This document shows, in pieces, positions 27,853 to 36,604 of a DNA stretch of 51,223 bases. The translations under genes were made by a program, and so were the position numbers. Under the pieces are notes generated by a model. That model was not told where the DNA came from. It searched no databases and saw nothing but the letters and a program-made list of their open reading frames with translations. The stretch's first letter is position 1, and each line of letters begins with the position of its first letter. This DNA is from an uncultured Collinsella sp. (lineage in GTDB: Bacteria; Actinomycetota; Coriobacteriia; Coriobacteriales; Coriobacteriaceae), in contig USHF01000001.1 of NCBI GenBank assembly GCA_900554465.1, positions 1 through 51,223 on the forward strand. Direction: 5' to 3'.

Positions 27853-29454
27853 ATGGATCAAAGCAAGCCTTCGTTCTTTATCACGACGCCCATCTACTAT
27901 GTCAACGCCGATCCGCACCTGGGCACGGCTTATTCCACCATCATCGCCGACGTTCAGGCTCGCTATCGCCGTTCCGCCGGCTATAACGTCAAGTTCCTGA
28001 CCGGCATGGACGAGCACGGCGAGAAGGTCGCCGAGGCCGCAGCCAAGCATGGCATGACGCCGCAGGAGTGGACCGACAGCCAGGCTCCGCACTTCAAGGA
28101 GCTTTGGAGCAAGCTCGAGATCTCCAACGACGACTTCATCCGCACCACCGAGCCGCGCCAGCATCATGCCGTGCAGTACCTGTGGGAGCGCATGAAGGAG
28201 TCCGGCTATCTGTATAAGGGCAGCTACGACGGTTGGTATTGCGTGCCTGACGAGACCTACTTCACCGATACGCAGGTCCAGAAGGGCGACGAGGAGTACG
28301 GCAGCGTTGGCCAGCACCTGTGCCCCGACTGCCACCGTCCGCTTGAGCGCGTGCAGGAGGAGTCCTACTTCTTTAAGCTTTCCGCCTTCCAGGACAAGCT
28401 TCTCAAGCTCTATGACGAGCACCCCGACTTTGTCGAGCCTGCGTTCCGTATGAACGAGGTACGCAGCTTTGTCGAGGGCGGCCTTAACGACCTTTCCGTG
28501 AGCCGTACGAGCTTTGACTGGGGCATTCAGGTCCCGTTTGACGAGGGTCACGTGACCTACGTGTGGTTCGATGCGTTGCTCAACTATATGACGGCCGTCG
28601 GCTACGGTGTCGACACCAACGAGGCCCGTGCCGAGCTGGCCTATCGCTGGCCCGCGCAGTTCCACATCGTGGGTAAGGACATCATCCGCTTCCACTGCGT
28701 CATTTGGCCCGCGATGCTCATGGCCATCGGCGAGGCCCTGCCCGAGCACGTCTTTGCCCACGGCTTCCTGACCGTGCGCAATGCCGAGACCGGTAAGGCC
28801 GAGAAGATGTCCAAGAGCCGCGGCAACGCCATCGCTCCGCAGGATGTTATCGACATGCTGGGCGTCGAGGGCTACCGCTATTACTTTATGACCGACGTGG
28901 TCCCCGGCACCGACGGCGCCATCAGCTTCGATCGTATGGAGCAGGTCTACAACGCCGATCTGGCCAACAGCTGGGGCAACCTCATTTCGCGCTCGCTCAA
29001 CATGAGCGCAAAGTACTTTGACGGCTGCGCCCCGGCTAAACCGGCGTCTGCCGACGCGTTCGATAACCCGCTGGCAAAGATCGCCGATGGTCTGGTCGAG
29101 CGCTACATGGCCAAGATGGACGTGCTCGATTACGGCGGAGCCAAGGACGAGGTCATGGAGCTCATTCACGCCGCCAACCACTACATCGAGGACTCCGAGC
29201 CTTGGGCACTTGCCAAGGACGAGGCCAAGGCTGACGAGCTGGCGTTTGTGATCTACAACCTGCTCGAGGCCATCCGCATTGCTGCTCACCTGCTGATGCC
29301 GCTCATGCCTCAGACCTCTGCCGAGGCCCTGCGCCGCCTGTCCTGTGAGGGCGAGGCCGCGAGCGACGACCTCAAGGGCATTTGCACTTGGGGCCTGCTT
29401 GCCGGCGGTCAGCCCGTCGAGAAGGGCGATCCGCTGTTCCCGCGTCTGGCGTAG
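27853..29454 (+). CDS. metG: Methionine--tRNA ligase (short form without C-terminal tRNA-binding domain)
   Basis: ITTPIYYVN..PHLG, DEHGEK, YVWFDALLNY, GKDIIRFH, KMSKS, ends LFPRL. Confidence 0.97.
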   Translation: MDQSKPSFFITTPIYYVNADPHLGTAYSTIIADVQARYRRSAGYNVKFLTGMDEHGEKVAEAAAKHGMTPQEWTDSQAPHFKELWSKLEISNDDFIRTTEPRQHHAVQYLWERMKESGYLYKGSYDGWYCVPDETYFTDTQVQKGDEEYGSVGQHLCPDCHRPLERVQEESYFFKLSAFQDKLLKLYDEHPDFVEPAFRMNEVRSFVEGGLNDLSVSRTSFDWGIQVPFDEGHVTYVWFDALLNYMTAVGYGVDTNEARAELAYRWPAQFHIVGKDIIRFHCVIWPAMLMAIGEALPEHVFAHGFLTVRNAETGKAEKMSKSRGNAIAPQDVIDMLGVEGYRYYFMTDVVPGTDGAISFDRMEQVYNADLANSWGNLISRSLNMSAKYFDGCAPAKPASADAFDNPLAKIADGLVERYMAKMDVLDYGGAKDEVMELIHAANHYIEDSEPWALAKDEAKADELAFVIYNLLEAIRIAAHLLMPLMPQTSAEALRRLSCEGEAASDDLKGICTWGLLAGGQPVEKGDPLFPRLA

Positions 29455-29496
29455 AGACCGCGCGAGCGCCATATCGGCAATTTGCTGTTTAGCTGT

Positions 29497-29532
29497 AAGG
29501 GCATGGCCGCCACGGTCCATGCCCTTTTGTTT
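29497..29532 (+). terminator. Hairpin/terminator after metG
   Basis: AAGGGCATGG-loop-CCATGCCCTT followed by TTGTTT. Confidence 0.65.
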
Positions 29533-29564
29533 CAAGACGCCGCCATCATGCTAAGGAGGCAACC

Positions 29565-30425
29565 ATGACAACTTCGCCTTTGGCAAACCCCACGGCCACC
29601 AGGGAGCTGCTGGAGGAGTTTGGCCTTGCGACCAAGCATCGCCTGGGCCAGAACTTTCTAATCGACAATCATGTGATCGAACGTATCTGCGAGCTTACCG
29701 AGCTTGCAGGTGACGAGCGCGTACTCGAGGTGGGTCCAGGTTGCGGTACGTTGACACTTGCGTTGCTGCAGGAAGCGGCGTGCGTTACGTCCATTGAGGC
29801 CGATCCCGAGCTTGAGCCGGTGCTCGATGCCCACGCCGCCGACTATGCCAACTTCCGCTTTATCATGGGCGACGCGCTCAAGGTGACGCCGGAGCAGATT
29901 GAGCAGGCTGCGGGCGGTGAGCCGACGGTATTTGTCGCGAACTTGCCCTATAACGTGGCGGCGACGATCATTTTGCAATTTTTCCAGACGATGCCGGCGC
30001 TAAAGCGCGCCGTCGTCATGGTGCAAAAGGAGGTTGCCGATCGCATTGCCGCAGTGCCGGGCAACAAGACCTATGGCGGCTATACGGCAAAGCTTGGCCT
30101 GTATGCGCAGGTAACGGGTCGCTTTGAGGTGCCGCCGCGTTGCTTTATGCCGGCGCCACACGTGGACTCGGCCGTCGTGCGTATCGACCGTGTTGACGGT
30201 GTGGTGCCCGAAGGACTCGATCGCGAATTTGTGGCCCGCGTGATTGACGCTGCATTTGCTCAGCGTCGCAAGACCATCCGCAATTCCATGAGCGCCAACG
30301 GCTTTGCCAAGGACGTGCTCGATGCCGCCTTTGAGGCTTGCGGTATCGCACCCACCACGCGCGCCGAGACGCTCGGCGTCGCCGACTTTGTGTGTCTGGC
30401 TCGGGAGCTTTCCCATGACGCTTAA
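29565..30425 (+). CDS. rsmA: 16S rRNA dimethyladenosine transferase
   Basis: LGQNFL, LEVGPGCG, ANLPY, MVQKEVADR, F.QRRKT. Confidence 0.96.
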   Translation: MTTSPLANPTATRELLEEFGLATKHRLGQNFLIDNHVIERICELTELAGDERVLEVGPGCGTLTLALLQEAACVTSIEADPELEPVLDAHAADYANFRFIMGDALKVTPEQIEQAAGGEPTVFVANLPYNVAATIILQFFQTMPALKRAVVMVQKEVADRIAAVPGNKTYGGYTAKLGLYAQVTGRFEVPPRCFMPAPHVDSAVVRIDRVDGVVPEGLDREFVARVIDAAFAQRRKTIRNSMSANGFAKDVLDAAFEACGIAPTTRAETLGVADFVCLARELSHDA

Positions 30426-31332
30426 TGCCGAACGCGTGACGTTTACCAAGAAAAAGAAGACGGTTGCTTGTCCCGTGCCCTTGGCACCGCTTGCCGACAC
30501 ACATGCGCATCTGCTTTCGTTCTGGGGCAAGGATGTGCCCGAGACACTCGTGCGTGCCAAGGCGGCAGGCATCGACCTGTTGGTGACGGTCTTCGACCCC
30601 ATCGCCGACAAGCGCAGCGTGACGGACTATAGCGACTGGCTCGTGCGCGAAATTCTGCCGATGCAGGATATCCCGCAGATCAAGTATCTTGCCGGCGTGC
30701 ATCCGTATGGCGCGCCGGACTATACCGACGACATTCACGCGCAGGTTGTTGCTGCGCTTGATGACCCTTTGTGCGCCGGTATTGGCGAAATCGGTCTGGA
30801 CTACCACATGGACTATGACGACGATATCGCGCCGGCACCCCATAACGTGCAGATTGACTGCATGGCGCGCCAGCTCGAGCTTGCCGTGCGTCGTAACGTG
30901 CCGGTGGAGCTGCATCTGCGTCACGAGGACATGGACCAGGAGCGTACCTCGCACGTGGACGCCTACAACGTGCTTCGTGGGGTGGGCGTGCCCCAGACCG
31001 GTTGTGTGCTGCACTGTTTTGGCGAGGACCGCGCCACGATGGAGCGCTTTGTGGAGCTGGGCTGCTATATCGCCTATGGTGGTGCGGCCACCTTTAAGCG
31101 CAACGACGACGTGCGCGAGGCATTTGCGGCAACCCCACTCGATCGAATTTTGTTCGAGACGGATTGCCCGTATATGGCTCCGGAGCCCATCCGCGGTCTT
31201 GAATGCGAGCCCGCAATGATCTCCATTACGGCAAACGCGCTGGTTAACGACCGTATCGATCGCACTGGTGAGGACGCCGAAACAATCGCGCATGCCGCTT
31301 GGGAAAATGCCTGCAAACTTTTTCAAAAATAG
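30415..31332 (+). CDS. tatD: TatD family deoxyribonuclease
   Basis: DTHAH, GVHP, IGEIGLDY, LHCF, ETDCPYMAP. Confidence 0.93.
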   Translation: MTLNAERVTFTKKKKTVACPVPLAPLADTHAHLLSFWGKDVPETLVRAKAAGIDLLVTVFDPIADKRSVTDYSDWLVREILPMQDIPQIKYLAGVHPYGAPDYTDDIHAQVVAALDDPLCAGIGEIGLDYHMDYDDDIAPAPHNVQIDCMARQLELAVRRNVPVELHLRHEDMDQERTSHVDAYNVLRGVGVPQTGCVLHCFGEDRATMERFVELGCYIAYGGAATFKRNDDVREAFAATPLDRILFETDCPYMAPEPIRGLECEPAMISITANALVNDRIDRTGEDAETIAHAAWENACKLFQK

Positions 31333-31375
31333 TTCTTGCGTTCGCGGTGGCGCTCCGTTATTCTAATTCCTGCAC

Positions 31376-31462
31376 GCGGGCGTGGCGGAATTGGCAGACG
31401 CGTACGGTTCAGGTCCGTATGGGGGCAACCCCATGAAGGTTCAAGTCCTTTCGCCCGCACCA
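31376..31462 (+). tRNA. tRNA-Leu (CAG)
   Basis: GCGGGCG/CGCCCGC acceptor, TACGG-TTCAGGT-CCGTA anticodon arm, long variable arm, encoded CCA; promoter TTGCGT-N17-TATTCT upstream. Confidence 0.96.
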
Positions 31463-31693
31463 TTGATTGAAAGAGCTCCCAGCAATGGGGGCTTTTTTGT
31501 TATGTGCCCATCGCGGGGACTTGAACCTGTGAAGGAGCGAGCGTCAAGAAAACGCGGAGCGTTTTTAGCGAGCTGGCGAGTCCGCCGGCAGGCGGGCGAA
31601 GCCGGTGCGGATCCGCGAAGCGGATACGCGGACGTCCTTTCGCCCGCACCATTAAATGAAAGAGCTCCCAGCAATGGGGGCTTTTTTGTTATG
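31445..31693 (+). repeat. 60-bp direct repeat (tRNA-Leu 3' end plus terminator) flanking a 129-bp structured insert
   Basis: 31445-31504 and 31634-31693 are 58/60 identical. Confidence 0.9.
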
Positions 31694-31750
31694 CACGATC
31701 TCCTTGGACGGGTATCCTAATGGCAACGTGTGCCTATCAGAGGAGAGACC

Positions 31751-32689
31751 ATGCTGTTTTCCGGTATCATCGCTGCCCTTACGAGCCTTTTGATTCCCAT
31801 CATCATCCTGCTGCTGTTGCTTCCCAACGCCTGCTACGTCGTTGAGCAGCAGCACGCTGTGATCATCGAGCGCTTGGGTAAGTTCAATCGTATCGTCAAC
31901 GCGGGCTTCCACGTGAAGGTGCCCGTGATCGACCGCAAGGCCGCCACGGTGAGCCTGCGCACCATGAAAAACGGTTTTGGCATCGACGTTAAGACCCAGG
32001 ACAACGTGACCATCGGTCTTGAGGTCTCCGCTCAGTACCACGTGAGCTACGACATGGGCGCCGGCCCGGCAGATTCGGGCATCTACAAGAGCTACTACAT
32101 GCTGCAGGAGCCCGTCGACCAGATGCGTGACTTCATCACCGACGCCCTGCGCTCTTCGATTCCTGTCTACACACTCGATGAGGTCTTTGCCAAGAAGGAT
32201 GACATCGCCAAGGATGTCAACGCTACCGTTTCCGAGCAGATGGCCGCCTACGGCTTCACCCTCGTGTCGACGCTCATCACCAAAATCGCACTGCCGACCG
32301 AGGTTGAGAACTCCATGAACGACATCAACGCCGCCCAGCGCAAGCGCGCTGCGGCACAGGAGCTCGCCGAGGCAGACCGCATCAAGCGCGTCACCGAGGC
32401 GACCGCCGAGGCCGAGGCAATGGAAAAGGCGGGCGAGGGCATCGCCAACCAGCGCAAGGCCATCGCACTGGGTATCAAAGATTCGCTCGAGATCATCCAG
32501 GAGACGGGTGTCGGCAATGACGAGGCCAACCAACTGTTCATGTTTACGCAGTGGTCCGAGATGATGACGGAGTTCGCTCGCACGGGTAAAACCTCGACGG
32601 TCGTGCTGCCGAGCGACTTTTCGCAGTCGGCCTCGATGTTCGAGCAGATGCTGGCCGCCGGCAAAGTTCAAAACGATTCGAAGGAGTAG
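31751..32689 (+). CDS. SPFH/band 7 domain membrane protein
   Basis: N-terminal TM, IIERLGKF, KTQDNV, MNDINAAQR coiled coil. Confidence 0.93.
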   Translation: MLFSGIIAALTSLLIPIIILLLLLPNACYVVEQQHAVIIERLGKFNRIVNAGFHVKVPVIDRKAATVSLRTMKNGFGIDVKTQDNVTIGLEVSAQYHVSYDMGAGPADSGIYKSYYMLQEPVDQMRDFITDALRSSIPVYTLDEVFAKKDDIAKDVNATVSEQMAAYGFTLVSTLITKIALPTEVENSMNDINAAQRKRAAAQELAEADRIKRVTEATAEAEAMEKAGEGIANQRKAIALGIKDSLEIIQETGVGNDEANQLFMFTQWSEMMTEFARTGKTSTVVLPSDFSQSASMFEQMLAAGKVQNDSKE

Positions 32690-32695
32690 ACGCGC

Positions 32696-33166
32696 GTGAA
32701 ATACACCGTCGTTTGCGTCGGTAAGCTCAAGGAGCGCTTTTGGAAGGACGCGTGCGCTGAGTACACCAAGCGCCTAGGTGCCTATGCCAAGGTGGATATC
32801 CGCGAGGTGGCCGATATCGACCCGGCTAAGGCGGGCGGCGTGGATGCCGCGCGCGACAAGGAGGGGGCGGCGATTCTTGCCGCCTTGCCATCTCGAGCGC
32901 ATTTGATCCTGCTGGCTATCGAGGGCAAGGAGCGCTCGAGCGAGGAGTTTTCGGCGAGGCTCGACGATCTTATGCTGCGAGGCAGCAGCGACATTGCCTT
33001 TGTAATCGGCGGTTCGGACGGCGTGAGTGATGAGGTGCGCGCCCGCGCCGACGAGATGCTCAGCTTTGGACGCATTACCTTGCCGCATAACCTGGCGCGT
33101 GTGGTGCTGCTAGAGCAGATTTACCGTGCCTGCAAGATCAGTCGTGGCGAGCCGTATCACAAATAG
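32696..33166 (+). CDS. rlmH: 23S rRNA pseudouridine1915-N3-methyltransferase
   Basis: VGKLKE, FVIGGSDG, TLPHNLARVVLLEQIYRA, PYHK. Confidence 0.97.
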   Translation: MKYTVVCVGKLKERFWKDACAEYTKRLGAYAKVDIREVADIDPAKAGGVDAARDKEGAAILAALPSRAHLILLAIEGKERSSEEFSARLDDLMLRGSSDIAFVIGGSDGVSDEVRARADEMLSFGRITLPHNLARVVLLEQIYRACKISRGEPYHK

Positions 33167-33239
33167 GTCGGCAATACGAAACAATGGCGTGGGACAATAC
33201 CTTTCGTTTTGAGGAATGTGTCTGAAAGGACTATGAGAT

Positions 33240-34010
33240 ATGAAGATTGGATTTGTCGGTTTTGGCAATATGGCGAGCGCTATGGCCGATGGCTGGATCG
33301 CTGCCGGTGTAGCTGCGAGCGACATGTGCGCCTGCGCGGGTCGCTACGACGCGCTGGTTGAGCGCTGCGAGGCGCGCGGCATGGTCGCCTGCCACGATGC
33401 CGCCGAGGTTGTCGCCGCATCCGATATCGTGGTCGCTGCGGTCAAACCGTACATGATCGAGAAGGTATTCGCCCCGATCAAGGATGCTCTTGCCAAAAAG
33501 GTCGTTCTGTCGGTTGCCTGGACCTGGGACAGTGCCAAGTGGGAGCAGGTCCTGCCGGGCGTCGCGCATATCTCGACGGTGCCCAACACGCCGGTTTCGG
33601 TAGGCGAGGGCGTCATCGCCTGCGAGAAGGCTTCGACGCTTAACGACGAGCAGCGTGCTGTGGTGCTCGACCTGCTCGGTAAGCTTGGCGCTGTCGTCGA
33701 GCTCGACACAAGCCTGCTGTTTGTGGGCGGCACGGTGGGTGGTTGCGCTCCGGCGTTTGTCGCCATGGCAATCGAGGCCCTGGGCGATGCGGCGGTCAAG
33801 CACGGTATCCCGCGTGCGGATGCTTATCGCATTGTGAGCCAGATGGTGCTGGGTACGGCAAAGCTGCAGCTTGCAACTGGCCAGCATCCTGCGGCGATGA
33901 AGGATGCCGTATGCTCGCCCGGCGGTGCCACCATCAAGGGCGTCGTTGCACTCGAGGACGCCGGCATGCGCAGCGCCCTGGTCAAGGCAATCGACGCAAC
34001 CCTCCAGTAA
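33240..34010 (+). CDS. proC: Pyrroline-5-carboxylate reductase
   Basis: IGFVGFGNMA, AVKP, PNTP, VCSPGGATI.G. Confidence 0.95.
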   Translation: MKIGFVGFGNMASAMADGWIAAGVAASDMCACAGRYDALVERCEARGMVACHDAAEVVAASDIVVAAVKPYMIEKVFAPIKDALAKKVVLSVAWTWDSAKWEQVLPGVAHISTVPNTPVSVGEGVIACEKASTLNDEQRAVVLDLLGKLGAVVELDTSLLFVGGTVGGCAPAFVAMAIEALGDAAVKHGIPRADAYRIVSQMVLGTAKLQLATGQHPAAMKDAVCSPGGATIKGVVALEDAGMRSALVKAIDATLQ

Positions 34011-34162
34011 AACCGACCAAAAAAGGGACAGTTTATTTTGGCAGGTTTTTCCTGCGGTTTTGTCCTTTTAGCGAAAAGTGCCCCGCAACTGGCTCAATTC
34101 CAGTTGCGGGGCACTTGCGTTTGCCCAGATAAAACCGACCAAAATAAACCTGTCCCTTTTTG
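34008..34162. mobile_element. MITE/REP-like palindromic element with ~30-bp imperfect terminal inverted repeats and a central perfect hairpin
   Basis: AAAAAGGGACAG-TTTATTTTGG versus CCAAAATAAACCTGTCCCTTTTT; central 17-bp stem AAGTGCCCCGCAACTGG/CCAGTTGCGGGGCACTT at 34076-34116. Confidence 0.55.
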
Positions 34163-34167
34163 ACAGG

Positions 34168-34341
34168 TTAGTCCCAGAAGCTGTCTTCTTCGTCCTCGGA
34201 CTTGGGGCCGCGGTCGACATACATCTTATGGGTGCGCTTCTCCATTACAAAGGCAATAATCGCAAACAGCAGGATGCCGCCGGCGAAAAGGATGGCAAAA
34301 CCGGTGCGGGTGCCAAACAAAAAGGAAAAAACTGCGTCCAT
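34168..34341 (-). CDS. Small membrane protein (57 aa), absent from the ORF track
   Basis: MDAVFSFLFGTRTGFAILFAGGILLFAIIAFVMEKRTHKMYVDRGPKSEDEEDSFWD; one TM helix, charged tail, GAAGG RBS. Confidence 0.75.
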   Translation of the reverse strand: MDAVFSFLFGTRTGFAILFAGGILLFAIIAFVMEKRTHKMYVDRGPKSEDEEDSFWD

Positions 34342-34452
34342 TGGGTGCCTTCTTGCGTAGTTGAGTTGGGTCGTAAACGCTCATAAGTATATACTTGCCC
34401 ATACATGTACAAGGTTGCAACCTAAATGGAATGTATATCGCCGGAGGATCTA

Positions 34453-35736
34453 ATGCTTGATATCAAGTTTGTTCGCGAGAACCCCGATGCCATCGATGTC
34501 GCCATGGCTAACCGCCAGACGTCTTGGGATCGCGAGAAGTTCTTTGAGCTCGACGACGAGCGTCGTGCCGTCATCACCGAGGTTGAGGAACTTCAAGCCA
34601 CGCGCAATGCCGAGTCCAAGAAGATCGGCGCCCTGATGAAGGAGGGCAAGAAGGACGAGGCCGAGGCCGCCAAGGAGGCCGTGCGCGCCGTCAACGAGAA
34701 GATTGACGGTCTGGCCGAGCGCCGCACCGCCCTCGAGCAGGAGCAGTACGACTTCATGGCTCACCTGCCCAACATTCCTTGCGAGGCCACGCCGTACGGC
34801 AAGGACGAGGACGAGAACATCGAGCGCCGTCGTTGGGGCACCCCGCGCGAGTTCGACTTCGACTTTAAGCCGCACTGGGATCTGGGCACCGACCTCGACA
34901 TCCTTGACTTCGAGCGCGGCAACAAGCTCTCCGGCAGCCGCTTCACCGTTCTCGGTGGCGCCGGCGCCCGTCTTGAGCGCGCCCTCATCAACTTCTTCCT
35001 CGATACGCACACCAGCCATGGTTTTAAGGAGTGGTGGCCGCCCATCGTCGTCAAGCGTCAGACCATGTTCGGCACGGGCCAGCTGCCCAAGTTCGAGGAC
35101 GACGCCTATCACGTCTCGGGCGACAACTTCCTGATCCCCACCGCCGAGGTCGTGCTCACCAACCTGCACGCCGGTGAGGTCCTCGACGCCGACACCCTGC
35201 CGCGCCGCTACACCGCCTTCACCCCCTGCTTCCGCGAGGAGGCCGGTTCCGCCGGTCGCGATACCCGTGGCATCATCCGTCAGCACGAGTTCGACAAGGT
35301 CGAGATGGTCAAGTTCGCTAAGCCGGAGGAGTCCGACGAGGAGCTCGAGAGCATGACCGCCGAGGCCGAGTACCTGCTGCAGCAGCTGGGCCTTCCGTAT
35401 CGCGTGATTAGCCTGTGCACCGGCGACTTGGGCTTCTCTGCCCGTCAGACCTACGACATCGAGGTCTGGCTGCCGAGCTACAACGCCTACAAGGAGATCA
35501 GCTCCTGCTCCAACTGCGGTGACTTCCAGGCTCGCCGCGCCAACATCAAGTATCGCGACCCCGAGAACTTCAAGGGTTCGCGCTACCTGCACACCCTCAA
35601 CGGTTCCGGCCTGCCGGCTGGCCGTACCATGGCTGCCATTCTGGAGAACTACCAGAACGCCGACGGCACCATCACGATCCCCGAGGTCCTGCGTCCCTAC
35701 ATGGGCGGCCTCGAGAAGATCGAGCCGGTCGCGTAA
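34453..35736 (+). CDS. serS: Serine--tRNA ligase
   Basis: MLDIK after [56 protein letters not shown]. Confidence 0.98.
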   Translation: MLDIKFVRENPDAIDVAMANRQTSWDREKFFELDDERRAVITEVEELQATRNAESKKIGALMKEGKKDEAEAAKEAVRAVNEKIDGLAERRTALEQEQYDFMAHLPNIPCEATPYGKDEDENIERRRWGTPREFDFDFKPHWDLGTDLDILDFERGNKLSGSRFTVLGGAGARLERALINFFLDTHTSHGFKEWWPPIVVKRQTMFGTGQLPKFEDDAYHVSGDNFLIPTAEVVLTNLHAGEVLDADTLPRRYTAFTPCFREEAGSAGRDTRGIIRQHEFDKVEMVKFAKPEESDEELESMTAEAEYLLQQLGLPYRVISLCTGDLGFSARQTYDIEVWLPSYNAYKEISSCSNCGDFQARRANIKYRDPENFKGSRYLHTLNGSGLPAGRTMAAILENYQNADGTITIPEVLRPYMGGLEKIEPVA

Positions 35737-35760
35737 CTTGGCTGCATAGGCGATATGCAA

Positions 35761-35788
35761 GGGCGCTCCTTCGGGGGCGCCCTATTTC
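35761..35788 (+). terminator. Hairpin/terminator after serS
   Basis: GGGCGCTCC-TTCG-GGGGCGCCC followed by TATTT. Confidence 0.7.
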
Positions 35789-35836
35789 GTGCGCAGGTCC
35801 ATACCATGCTGTGCGGACAGCTCAATAGAAAACACA

Positions 35837-35850
35837 CGAACAACTGTTCT
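35837..35850. promoter_or_regulatory. Putative LexA (SOS) box
   Basis: CGAAC-AACT-GTTCT matches the Gram-positive GAAC-N4-GTTC motif; lies at the -35 position of an extended -10 TGcTATGCT (35868-35876). Confidence 0.6.
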
Positions 35851-35909
35851 GTATGCAGCCATCTACCTGCTATGCTTTTGCTAAATAAGAGCGAGAGAAA
35901 GGGGACGCG

Positions 35910-36287
35910 ATGGAGCTGTTTGATGATCGGGTGGTTTTGTTTGAGAGCGACGAGGGCGGGGAGTACCTGCTTGTGACGTGTGAGCCGTCTGGCATGGGTG
36001 GCCTGGTGGTTCGACAGACGAGCGAGGGGCCGTTGACGCAATGGTGCTACGAGGAGTCGCCTCATGTGGTTGAGACGTTTGTGGCGCACGAGGGGCTTGT
36101 GGCCCTAGAGCATTTCTATGGGGTCCAGACATCTAATCAGGTTGCTCGCATGTTGAGCATCTCGTTTGCCGATTATGATTGTGCCCAGCGGGTGAGATCG
36201 CTCCTGAGGGAACTTGATGCTAAGTTTGACGTGATCGAAAAGCCAATCGATCGTACGGGGAATGGCGGTATATGCGGAGCAGCATGA
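35910..36287 (+). CDS. Hypothetical protein (125 aa)
   Basis: ATG with AGGGGA RBS and its own promoter; no recognisable motif. Confidence 0.65.
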   Translation: MELFDDRVVLFESDEGGEYLLVTCEPSGMGGLVVRQTSEGPLTQWCYEESPHVVETFVAHEGLVALEHFYGVQTSNQVARMLSISFADYDCAQRVRSLLRELDAKFDVIEKPIDRTGNGGICGAA

Positions 36288-36364
36288 CAAGACTGCGTTC
36301 CACAAAAAAGTTTGAAATTGTGCTTGACTCCAATAAGCTAAAGTGGTTTTATATGTCTTGCGCT

Positions 36365-36441
36365 GCGGCGTTACCTCAGCTGGATAGAGGGTCTGACTAC
36401 GAATCAGAACGTCATAGGTTCGAATCCTATACGCCGCACCA
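36365..36441 (+). tRNA. tRNA-Arg (ACG)
   Basis: GCGGCGT/ACGCCGC acceptor, TCTGA-CTACGAA-TCAGA anticodon arm, GGTTCGAATCC, encoded CCA. Confidence 0.96.
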
Positions 36442-36450
36442 TTTGAGATT

Positions 36451-36480
36451 AAAGCTCCCGGCAACGGGGGCTTTTCTTTT
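36451..36480 (+). terminator. Terminator after tRNA-Arg
   Basis: AAAGCTCCCG-GCAA-CGGGGGCTTT plus T-tract. Confidence 0.8.
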
Positions 36481-36604
36481 GCGTCAGCTTGAGTGCTTTC
36501 GTCCAAAGGGACGATTTCCTGTCGACTCGTGTAAGATTCCGAGTAGATGTCGCGACTTATTCGCGACCACTCCTTCTTCAAGCGACCGATCAGGGTGATA
36601 TTTC

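Noticed and set aside
31445..31693. Intact prophage or ICE at tRNA-Leu
   Set aside because: The repeats enclose only 129 bp, and no integrase or phage genes occur in the window.
31382..31720. ORFs over tRNA-Leu and the duplicated region (also ORFs over tRNA-Arg and tRNA-Ser)
   Set aside because: They are translations of tRNA and terminator sequence; the internal peptide repeat only reflects the DNA duplication.
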